In this document: positions 21,231-32,000 of the stretch, piece by piece
How the letters are laid out: each line of letters begins with the position of its first letter
How positions within the stretch are numbered: position 1 is the first letter of the stretch
NCBI RefSeq assembly: GCF_000009605.1
Contig: NC_002528.1
Coordinates: 510,001 to 542,000, forward strand
Length of the DNA: 32,000 nt
DNA from: Buchnera aphidicola str. APS (Acyrthosiphon pisum)
Lineage (GTDB): Bacteria; Pseudomonadota; Gammaproteobacteria; Enterobacterales; Enterobacteriaceae
Direction of reading: 5' to 3'
Made by a program: the position numbers and the translations under genes
The notes under the pieces: generated by a model
Told to the model about the DNA's origin: nothing
Database searches by the model: none
Seen by the model: the letters and a program-made list of their open reading frames with translations, nothing else

Positions 21231-22316
21231 ATGAACTATCAAATATTAGCACGAAAATGGCGTCCACAATATTTTAGAGATATAATCGGTCAAAAACATA
21301 TTGTTACTGCTATATCTAACGGATTATCTCTTGGTCGTATTCATCATGCATGGTTATTATCTGGTACTAGAGGAATCGGAAAGACTACTATCGCTCGCTT
21401 ACTTGCTAAAAGTCTAAATTGTCAAAATGGAATCACATCAGATCCTTGTAGACAATGTATTATTTGTAAAGAAATAGAAAAAGGGTTATGTTTAGACGTA
21501 ATTGAAATAGATGGAGCTTCTCGGACTAAAGTTGAAGAAATGCGAGAAATTTTAGATAGTATTTATTATTCTCCTATTAAAAGTCGTTTTAAAGTATATT
21601 TAATTGATGAAGTACACATGCTTTCTCGTCATAGTTTTAATGCACTTCTTAAAACTCTTGAAGAACCACCTGAACATGTTAAGTTTGTTTTAGCAACTAC
21701 AGATGTAGACAGAATCCCTAAAACTATTATCTCTCGTTGTTTGTATTTTAAATTGCAAATAATATCTGAAGAAAAAATTTTCAAATTTTTAAAGTATATT
21801 TTAATTAAAGAATCTATTGATACAGATGAATATTCTTTAAAAAAAATAGCTTATCATGCTCATGGAAGTATACGCGATGCACTTAATTTACTAGAACATG
21901 CTATAAATCTAGGAAATGGACATGTTAATATAAAAAATGTAACAGATATGCTAGGACTTCTACCAGAAAAATATTCTTTTTTGTTAACTGATGCGGTTTT
22001 AAAAAAAGATTCAAAAAAAACAATGTTGTTGTTAAATAAAATTAGTAGTATAGGAGTAGAATGGGAAGAAATTTTGATAGAAATGTTACGTTTTTTATAT
22101 CATATTTCTACATCGCAATCTTTTCCATTAGTTTGGGAAAAAATTTTTACCGAAAAATACAAAAATCAAATTCAAAAAATAGCTCAAAATAATAAAAAAA
22201 CTAATATTCAATTATGTTATCAAATACTATTAAATGGAAGAAAAGAACTAAAGTTTGCTCCAAGTCAAAAAATAGGAGTAGAAATGTCTTTATTACGTGT
22301 TATTTCTGCAATATAA
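21231..22316 (+). CDS. dnaX: DNA polymerase III clamp-loader subunit DnaX, truncated form (domains I-III only)
   Basis: MNYQILARKWRPQYFRDIIGQKHIVTAISNGL, GTRGIGKTTIARLLAKSLNC, zinc module C..CRQCIIC, VYLIDEVHMLSRHSFNALLKTLEEPPEHVKFVLATTD. Ends at GVEMSLLRVISAI. Confidence 0.95.
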   Translation: MNYQILARKWRPQYFRDIIGQKHIVTAISNGLSLGRIHHAWLLSGTRGIGKTTIARLLAKSLNCQNGITSDPCRQCIICKEIEKGLCLDVIEIDGASRTKVEEMREILDSIYYSPIKSRFKVYLIDEVHMLSRHSFNALLKTLEEPPEHVKFVLATTDVDRIPKTIISRCLYFKLQIISEEKIFKFLKYILIKESIDTDEYSLKKIAYHAHGSIRDALNLLEHAINLGNGHVNIKNVTDMLGLLPEKYSFLLTDAVLKKDSKKTMLLLNKISSIGVEWEEILIEMLRFLYHISTSQSFPLVWEKIFTEKYKNQIQKIAQNNKKTNIQLCYQILLNGRKELKFAPSQKIGVEMSLLRVISAI

Positions 22317-22635
22317 AAAATATAATATTAATATAAAAACATATAAATTTAACAAGATCATAAAAGATATGAAATAATTAATATTTCATATAAAAACATA
22401 TTGAAAGTATTTGATATGTATATTTAACTGATAAAAAAATATCCAATACAGTATAATAAATTGATAATATAAAAAAATGCACATGATAAAAAATAATATA
22501 TATAGTAATTTTAACAAATCATTAAATAAAACATATAGATAAAAAAAATAGAAAATTATTTATTTTTAAAATAAAATTTTTGGCATAAAAAATAAAAAAT
22601 ATGACTTTCACATTACAAAAAAGAGATCAATATAT

Positions 22636-22965
22636 ATGTTTACTAAAGGTGGTTTAGGTAATTTGATGAAACAAGCACAACAAATGCAAGAAAAAATGGC
22701 AAAAATACAAGAGGAAATAGCTCAAATGGAAGTGACAGGAGAAGCTGGCGCTGGATTAGTTAAAGTGACAATTAATGGTGCACATAATTGTAGACGTGTG
22801 GAAGTAGATCCTAGTTTACTTCAAGACGATAAAGATATGCTAGAAGATTTAGCAGCAGCCGCATTTAATGATGCGACAAGAAGAATATCTGAAGTACAAA
22901 AAAAGAAAATGTCTGCTATATCTACAGGCATGCAGCTTCCAAATGGATTTAATATGCCCGTTTAA
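22636..22965 (+). CDS. ybaB: YbaB/EbfC nucleoid-associated protein
   Basis: [62 protein letters not shown]...[10 protein letters not shown]. Very close to the E. coli protein. Confidence 0.97.
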
Positions 22966-23110
22966 ATAAAATAAAGTAAAAAAATTATATATGCGAAATA
23001 AGTATAAATTTATTGAATAAATTTATTTTTACTATGATAATTTTATTCAAAAGTACTTTTTATACTTTTAAAATTACTTTTATTGTTAATTTAAAAAGAG
23101 GTCTTTCTGC

Positions 23111-24985
23111 ATGAAAACACAAAAAAAAGAAGTTTATAATTTTCAATCAGAAACAAAAAAATTATTACATTTAATGATTCATTCACTATATTCTAACAAG
23201 GAAATTTTTTTAAGAGAATTGATATCTAATTCATCAGATGCAATAGATAAATTACGATTTGAATCTATATCATCACCAGAATTATATGAAAATGATAGTG
23301 ATGTAAAAATTCAAATATCTATAAATAAAGCACAAAGAACATTGATCATTAGTGATAATGGCATTGGAATGACAAAAGAAGACACCATTGAAAATCTTGG
23401 AACAATTGCTAAATCAGGAACAAAATCATTTCTCCAATCTCTAGAACAAAAACAAAATAAAAAAAATGAATTAATTGGAGAATTTGGCGTTGGTTTCTAT
23501 TCATCTTTTATTGTATCAGAAAAAGTCTCAGTTAGAACTAGATTTGCTGGTTTAGAATCTAATAAAGGAATATTATGGGAATCTTCAGGAGAAGGAGAGT
23601 ACAATATTACAAATATTGTAAAAAAAACTAGAGGTACTGAAATCACTCTATTTTTAAAAAAAGAAGAAGAAGAATTTTTAGAAACTTGGCGTATAAAAAA
23701 TATAATTAGTAAATACTCTGATCATATTACTATTCCAATACATATACAAGATTATGATAAAAAAAATAAAACATATTTTTGGGAACAAATTAATAAAGCT
23801 AAAGCATTATGGACATTGAATAAATCCTCTATTACAGAAGAAGAATATAAAGATTTTTATAAACATCTCACCAATGATCAAAATGATCCTCTTATATGGA
23901 GTCATAATCACGTAGAAGGCAATCAAGAGTATATTAGTTTATTATATATTCCTGAAAAAGCTGCTTGGGATATATGGAATAGAGATAATAAACACGGTTT
24001 AAAATTATATGTAAAACGTGTTTATATTATGGATAATTCTCAAGCCTTTCTTCCTAATTACTTACGTTTTATAAAAGGTTTAATAGATTCTAGCGATTTA
24101 CCATTAAATATTTCTCGTGAAATATTACAAGATAATTCTATTACAGAAAAATTAAGAAAATCACTGATAAAAAAATCTTTAAGTATGTTAGAAAAACTAG
24201 CACAGAAAAATAATGAAAAATACCAAATTTTTTGGAATCAATTCGGTCTCGTTTTAAAGGAAGGTCCTGCAGAAGATCATGAAAATTTAAACAAAATTGC
24301 TAATCTATTACGTTTTACATCAATGAAAAGTAATAATTCCGAACAAAAGATGTCTTTAAAAGAATATATATCAAATATGAACGAACAACAAGAAAAAATA
24401 TATTACATTACTGCAGATAGTTATTCGTCTGCAAATAACAGTCCTCATTTAGAATTATTTAAAAAAAATAATATTGATGTATTATTATTATCGGATCGAA
24501 TTGACGAATGGATGATGAATTACCTTTCTGAATTTGAAGGAAAAAAGTTTCAATCTATTAGCAAAGAAGATATTTCTCTAAATAAGCTGACAAAAGAAAA
24601 AAAAATAAAAAACAAAGATGTTTCAACAGAAATGATTGAATTTTTAAAAAAAGTTAAAAACATACTTGGCAACCAAGTAAAAGATGTAAGATTAACACAT
24701 AGATTAACAGAAACTCCTTGTGTTTTACTTAGTGATTCTACCGAAATGACTACACAAATGGCTAAACTTTTTTCTGCAGCAGGACAATCTGTGCCAGAGT
24801 TAAAATACATTTTTGAAATTAATCCGGATCATATTTTAATAAAAAAAATATGTACTATTAATAATGAGAATGAATTGCATCAATGGATTAAATTATTATT
24901 AGACCAGGCATTATTAGCAGAAAAAGGTAATTTAGAAAATCCACATAAATTTATTTCTAGAATGAATAAATTACTTATTAAATAA
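23111..24985 (+). CDS. htpG: Chaperone protein HtpG (Hsp90)
   Basis: [59 protein letters not shown]. Confidence 0.99.
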   Translation: MKTQKKEVYNFQSETKKLLHLMIHSLYSNKEIFLRELISNSSDAIDKLRFESISSPELYENDSDVKIQISINKAQRTLIISDNGIGMTKEDTIENLGTIAKSGTKSFLQSLEQKQNKKNELIGEFGVGFYSSFIVSEKVSVRTRFAGLESNKGILWESSGEGEYNITNIVKKTRGTEITLFLKKEEEEFLETWRIKNIISKYSDHITIPIHIQDYDKKNKTYFWEQINKAKALWTLNKSSITEEEYKDFYKHLTNDQNDPLIWSHNHVEGNQEYISLLYIPEKAAWDIWNRDNKHGLKLYVKRVYIMDNSQAFLPNYLRFIKGLIDSSDLPLNISREILQDNSITEKLRKSLIKKSLSMLEKLAQKNNEKYQIFWNQFGLVLKEGPAEDHENLNKIANLLRFTSMKSNNSEQKMSLKEYISNMNEQQEKIYYITADSYSSANNSPHLELFKKNNIDVLLLSDRIDEWMMNYLSEFEGKKFQSISKEDISLNKLTKEKKIKNKDVSTEMIEFLKKVKNILGNQVKDVRLTHRLTETPCVLLSDSTEMTTQMAKLFSAAGQSVPELKYIFEINPDHILIKKICTINNENELHQWIKLLLDQALLAEKGNLENPHKFISRMNKLLIK

Positions 24986-25057
24986 TAAAAAACATGATTA
25001 CTACTATTATATTAGTAGTAATCTTTAGATTAACTTATACAAACATAAGAAATAAAT

Positions 25058-25705
25058 ATGCGTATTATTTTGCTAGGAGCACCTGGAACAGGAAAGGGTA
25101 CACAAGGAAAATTTATTACAGAAAAATATAAAATTCCTCAAATATCTACAGGTGATATGCTCCGAGAAAGTGTTGTGTTGAAAAATAAAATAGGAATGAT
25201 TATTAAAAATATTATTGAAGAGGGTAAACTAGTCTCTGATGAAATTGTATGTCATTTAATAAAAAATAGAATTAAAAAACACGACTGTATCAATGGTTTT
25301 ATATTAGATGGTTTTCCAAGAACTATCCAACAAGCTTTGTACTTATCAAAAAAAAATATTAAAATAGATTATGTATTAGAATTCATAATTCCACATGAAT
25401 ATATATTAGAACGTATATCAGGAAGACGCATACATATACAATCAGGACGTATCTATCATGTAAAATTCAAGCCCCCAAAAATCAAAGACAAAGACGATCT
25501 AACTGGACAAACTTTAATCACAAGAAAAGATGATACAAAAGAGGGCATTAAAAAAAGATTAGAAGAATACAAAAAAGTACATGATCCTTTAGTACAATAT
25601 TATATTCATGAAAAAAAACGGGGTAATATAAAATTTTTTCAAATTGATGCTATGCTTTCATTTTCATCTATTAGAAAAAAATTAGAAACAATTTTAAAAA
25701 AATAG
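25058..25705 (+). CDS. adk: Adenylate kinase
   Basis: MRIILLGAPGTGKGTQGKFITEKYKIPQISTGDMLR, GFILDGFPRTIQQA, GRRIHIQSGRIYHVKFKPPK, DDLTGQTLITRKDD. Confidence 0.99.
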   Translation: MRIILLGAPGTGKGTQGKFITEKYKIPQISTGDMLRESVVLKNKIGMIIKNIIEEGKLVSDEIVCHLIKNRIKKHDCINGFILDGFPRTIQQALYLSKKNIKIDYVLEFIIPHEYILERISGRRIHIQSGRIYHVKFKPPKIKDKDDLTGQTLITRKDDTKEGIKKRLEEYKKVHDPLVQYYIHEKKRGNIKFFQIDAMLSFSSIRKKLETILKK

Positions 25706-25709
25706 TTTT

Positions 25710-25783
25710 TGCGTTCTACAGGATTTGAACCTGTGACCTACGGCTTAGAAGGCCGTTGCTCTATCCAGCTGAGCTAAGAACGC
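25710..25783 (-). tRNA. argU: tRNA-Arg (anticodon TCT)
   Basis: The reverse strand reads GCGTTCTTAGCTCAGCTGGATAGAGCAACGGCCTTCTAAGCCGTAGGTCACAGGTTCAAATCCTGTAGAACGCA: 7-bp acceptor stem, anticodon loop CTTCTAA, T-loop GGTTCAAATCC. No encoded CCA. Confidence 0.97.
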
Positions 25784-25935
25784 ATAAATAATTAGATTAA
25801 AATCTAACACTAATATAATATATATGCAACTAAATTACTATGAATATTATTAAATTTTGATATATTTAATCATACTATTAAAAATAGTAATAATATTTTA
25901 GTATATAACATATAAAAAAATTGAGTTACTTACTG

Positions 25936-26793
25936 ATGCCAGCAATAATTATAGATGGTAATAAAATAGCAAAAAAAATAGAACTAAAAATTTTAAAGAA
26001 GGTAAAACAAAGAAAAAAAAATGGAGAAAGAATACCTGGTTTAGCTATGATTTTAGTAGGAAATCATATTCCTTCTCAAATTTATGTAAATAAAAAAAAA
26101 ATATCATGTAAAAATGTTGGTTTTTTTTCAGAATGCTGGAATTTACCTAGTAATATCAATGAGAAAGAAATATTAAATATTATTTCTAAATTAAATGAAA
26201 ATAAAAATATAGATGGTATTTTAATACAATTACCTCTTCCCCCACAAATAAATCACATGAAGATTTTAAGTAGTATTGTTCCTGATAAAGACGTAGATGG
26301 ATTTCATCCTTATAATACAGGTTCTTTATGCCAAAGAACGCCAAAATTAAGAGCATGTACACCTAAGGGCATTATTACAATGTTAAAATATAATAAGATA
26401 AAAACTCATGGATTACATGCGGTTATGGTTGGAGCATCTAATATCGTTGGAAGACCTATGAGTTTAGAGTTGTTATTAGCAGGATGTACAACTACTGTCA
26501 CACATCGGTTTACAAAAAATTTAAAAGATCATGTTCAGAATGCTGACCTATTAATTGTTGCAGTAGGAAAAGCAAATTTTTTAAAAGGCAGTTGGATTAA
26601 AACAGGATCTATAGTTATAGACGTAGGTATTAACAGATTAAAAAATGGAAAAGTAGTAGGTGATGTAGAATTTAAAACTGCATATCTACGAGCATCTTAC
26701 ATTACTCCTGTACCAGGTGGCGTTGGTCCTATGACAGTTGCAACATTATTACAAAATACATTAGAAGCTTGTGAAAATCATGATGATATTTAA
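25936..26793 (+). CDS. folD: Bifunctional methylenetetrahydrofolate dehydrogenase/cyclohydrolase FolD
   Basis: [87 protein letters not shown]. The ORF track start at 25921 is TTG; ATG at 25936 is preferred. Confidence 0.98.
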
Positions 26794-28184
26794 GATTTTT
26801 TATTTTTACGCCATATTGTTTTATCAGGTAAATCTTCTAATATTATATCTAAAGACATGAGTTTTTTTCGTATATTATCTGCTTCTTGCCATAATTTTGA
26901 TTGTCTTGCAATATTTCTTTTTTCTATTAATAATTGAATTTCTTTTAGTGTGAGTAAATTTAATGTAGTTTTTTTTTGTAAGAACTCTTTTGGATCCTGA
27001 AATAAAAAACCTAAATTATTTGCTAAATATTTTAATCTAAAAGCAAATTTATTTGTTTTTAATATGTCTTTATTTTTTAAAAAATTAATTTTACGTGCTA
27101 TTTTAAAAAAAATAGAAAATACTGCAGGAGTATTAAAATCATCATTCATTGCATTATAAAATTCTAATTCAAAATTAAGGCCTTCTTCGTTATTAAAAAA
27201 AGGATTAGTATCATACAATGCTGTGTATAAATATTTTAATGAAGTATATGCTTGATCTAAATTTTTTTCACAGTAGTAAATAGGATGACGATAGTGTGTT
27301 GAAAGAAAAAAATAACGTAACACTTCAGCATCACAATCCTTTAAAATATTTCTTAAAAAATAAACATTACCTAAAGATTTAGACATTTTTTTATTATTCA
27401 GTATAACCATGCCAGTATGCATCCAAAAATTGATCATCGATTTATTATTAAAACATATAGATTGAGATCTTTCATTTTCATGATGAGGGAAAAGAAGATC
27501 AGAGCCGCCTCCATGAATATCGATAGAATTATTAAAAAAAACATTAGTTATAGCACTGCATTCAATATGCCAACCAGGACGTCCCTTTCCCCATGGAGAA
27601 TCCCAAGAATATTCTTCTTTATTAGAAGATTTCCAAAGTATAAAATCTAATGGATTTTTTTTCATATTATTTAAAGGGATTCGTGATCCAGATTCTAATG
27701 ATGTTAAAGACTGACGAGATAAAGTCCCATAATTAGGATCACTATCTATAGAAAAAATAACATCACCATTTTTGTGAATATATGCATGTTTTTTCTTTAT
27801 TAACGTTGTAATTATCCTAATAATATTATCAATATAATCTGTAACACGAGGTTCTTCATCAGGAACAGATATACCTAATAAATCAAAATCTTTATGCATT
27901 TCTTTTATCATAGAAGCAGTAAAAGTATTAATTTTCTTTTTTTCTTTAGTAGATTTTGAAATAATTTTATCATCGATATCAGTAATGTTTCGAACATATT
28001 TGACTTGAAAACCAGAAAAACGTAAATAACGAACTATCATATCAAAAACTACGAAAGTACGTCCGTGTCCAATATGACAAAAATCATAAACAGTAACACC
28101 ACATACATATAAATTAACTCTATTCTTTTTAATAGGGGTAAAAATTTCTTTCGTACTAGTTAGTGTATTAAAAATTTTTAACAT
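26790..28184 (-). CDS. cysS: Cysteinyl-tRNA synthetase
   Basis: [26 protein letters not shown] (HIGH), [26 protein letters not shown] (KMSKS). Confidence 0.99.
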
Positions 28185-28444
28185 AATTTGTATCCCGTAA
28201 AAATATATTTAAAGAAAATAATATAAATATATTATTTTCTATATTACCAATGTGCTAAAATGATTAAATTATTTTTTACTAGAAATTTTTATAAAATTTT
28301 ATTTTTTAAATAAAACCATACAATTATTTATAAAATTTATGAAATTAATTATAAAATACATAATAAAAAATTAATATTATGACAAAATTTTATGTTTTGA
28401 AAGAATAATAAAATATTTTTTTGTAAAAAAAATAGGGGTTAATA

Positions 28445-28708
28445 ATGAAAACAAAATTGCGAGAAATGTTAAGATTCCCTTGTTTTTTTACTTATAAGAT
28501 TATTGGTTTAGCGCAGCCTGAACTGATCGATCAAATAATTAAAGTTATTCAAATTCAGATTCCTGGAGACTACACTCCTCAAGTAAAATCAAGTAATAGA
28601 GGAAACTATCTTTCTGTTTCAATTACAATATGTGCTAAAAATTTTGAACAAATTGAATGTTTATATCATGAAATTAGTAAAATTAATATAGTAAGAATGG
28701 TTTTATAA
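28445..28708 (+). CDS. ybeD: DUF493 family protein YbeD
   Basis: [62 protein letters not shown]...[10 protein letters not shown]. Aligns end to end with E. coli YbeD. Confidence 0.95.
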   Translation: MKTKLREMLRFPCFFTYKIIGLAQPELIDQIIKVIQIQIPGDYTPQVKSSNRGNYLSVSITICAKNFEQIECLYHEISKINIVRMVL

Positions 28709-28814
28709 AACATCAAAATATATGTGAAATATTTTGTACTAATATGGTACAGCTCTCTTTAGGAGCTGTACTATAAAACATATTTGTTTTTATATTAAAA
28801 ACAATTGAATAACT

Positions 28815-29024
28815 TTATAAACTAATAACATTAGCGGCAGATGGTCCTTTTGCTCCTTCGGTGATTTCGAATTCAACACTCTGACCTTCTGCTAAAGTTT
28901 TAAATCCATTGCTTTGTATTGCTGAAAAATGAACAAACACATCCTTACTACCGTCTTCTGGAGTAATAAAACCAAAACCTTTAGATTCATTAAACCACTT
29001 AACATTACCTTTAATCTTGGACAT
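28815..29024 (-). CDS. cspE: Cold-shock family protein, CspE-like
   Basis: [72 protein letters not shown]1/RNP2 are intact, and residues such as MSKIKGN...TPEDGS...[10 protein letters not shown] favour CspE over CspC. Confidence 0.95.
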   Translation of the reverse strand: MSKIKGNVKWFNESKGFGFITPEDGSKDVFVHFSAIQSNGFKTLAEGQSVEFEITEGAKGPSAANVISL

Positions 29025-29286
29025 CTATATTACCTTACATGAAAAAATATACTACATTGAAAAAAGTATTAATCAACAATTACTTATGATTAAAAATCAA
29101 ATATAAAAAAATTTAAATTCTCAATAGATTAACATGTAAATCTATTCTTAGCTAGAAAGTAATTTGATTTTAAAAATATTTGTATAAAATTTAATAAGAA
29201 TATTTTTATTTTTAATAAATACTATACTATTCATAAATTAAAATAGTAATATATTTTAAAAAATAATTTATTTCAAGTATAAAAAA

Positions 29287-29304
29287 ACCCGAAAAAAATT
29301 TCGG
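29287..29304 (-). terminator. Rho-independent terminator of the 23S-5S transcription unit, possibly bidirectional
   Basis: CCCGAAA-aaaa-TTTCGGG with a T tract on both sides, directly downstream of 5S on the minus strand. Confidence 0.85.
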
Positions 29305-29311
29305 GTTTTTT

Positions 29312-29430
29312 TTCCTGGATTTGACCTACTCTCACACGGGGAGGCCCCGTACTACCATCGGCGTTATAGCGTTTCACTTCTGAGTTCGGAATGGATTCAG
29401 GTGGTACCACTACACTATTTTTACCAGGAA
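29312..29430 (-). rRNA. rrf: 5S ribosomal RNA
   Basis: The reverse strand reads TTCCTGGTAAAAATAGTGTGGTGGTACCACCTGAATCCATTCCGAACTCAGAAGTGAAACGCTATAACGCCGATGGTAGTACGGGGCCTCCCCGTGTGAGAGTAGGTCAAATCCAGGAAA, a classic 5S with paired ends. Confidence 0.97.
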
Positions 29431-29538
29431 TTTAATAAATTTTTTATGTTATTAAAATATGCTTTTTTAATAAAGCAACAAATTCAGTAAAAACAAGCTT
29501 TTTTATTAAGTTTATTTTAAAAACACCTCTGGTGTTGT

Positions 29539-32000
<2,462 letters not shown>

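Noticed and set aside
24550-24810. Minus-strand ORF inside htpG
   Set aside because: Antisense shadow of htpG with no homology recognised.
27417-27650. Plus-strand ORF inside cysS
   Set aside because: Antisense shadow of cysS.

Overview
This window reads as a stretch of an extremely AT-rich, reduced gammaproteobacterial endosymbiont genome, most consistent with Buchnera aphidicola. The call rests on protein similarity recalled by eye, E. coli-like but eroded gene order, and a 23S-5S block with no 16S visible in the window. Gene order: dxs(-, 5' part), ispA(-), yajR-like MFS(-), tusE(+), cyoEDCBA(-), bolA(+), tig(+), clpP(+), clpX(+), lon(+), ppiD(+), a ~970 bp non-coding gap, mdlA(+), mdlB(+), ffs(4.5S RNA,-), dnaX(+), ybaB(+), htpG(+), adk(+), tRNA-Arg(TCT)(-), folD(+), cysS(-), ybeD(+), cspE(-), 5S(-), 23S(-, 3' part). 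I found no CRISPR array, mobile element, phage or new defence-like system. The best observations are: (1) ispA is broken at a poly(A) tract exactly where a 1-2 nt indel (in DNA, or by transcriptional slippage) would restore the conserved C-terminus; (2) a retained sigma32-like promoter and an E. coli-like translation start upstream of lon; (3) dnaX truncated at the end of domain III; (4) RNA genes abutting convergent CDS ends with no room for terminators; (5) eroded spacers where ybaV-ybaO, hupB and recR lie in E. coli.
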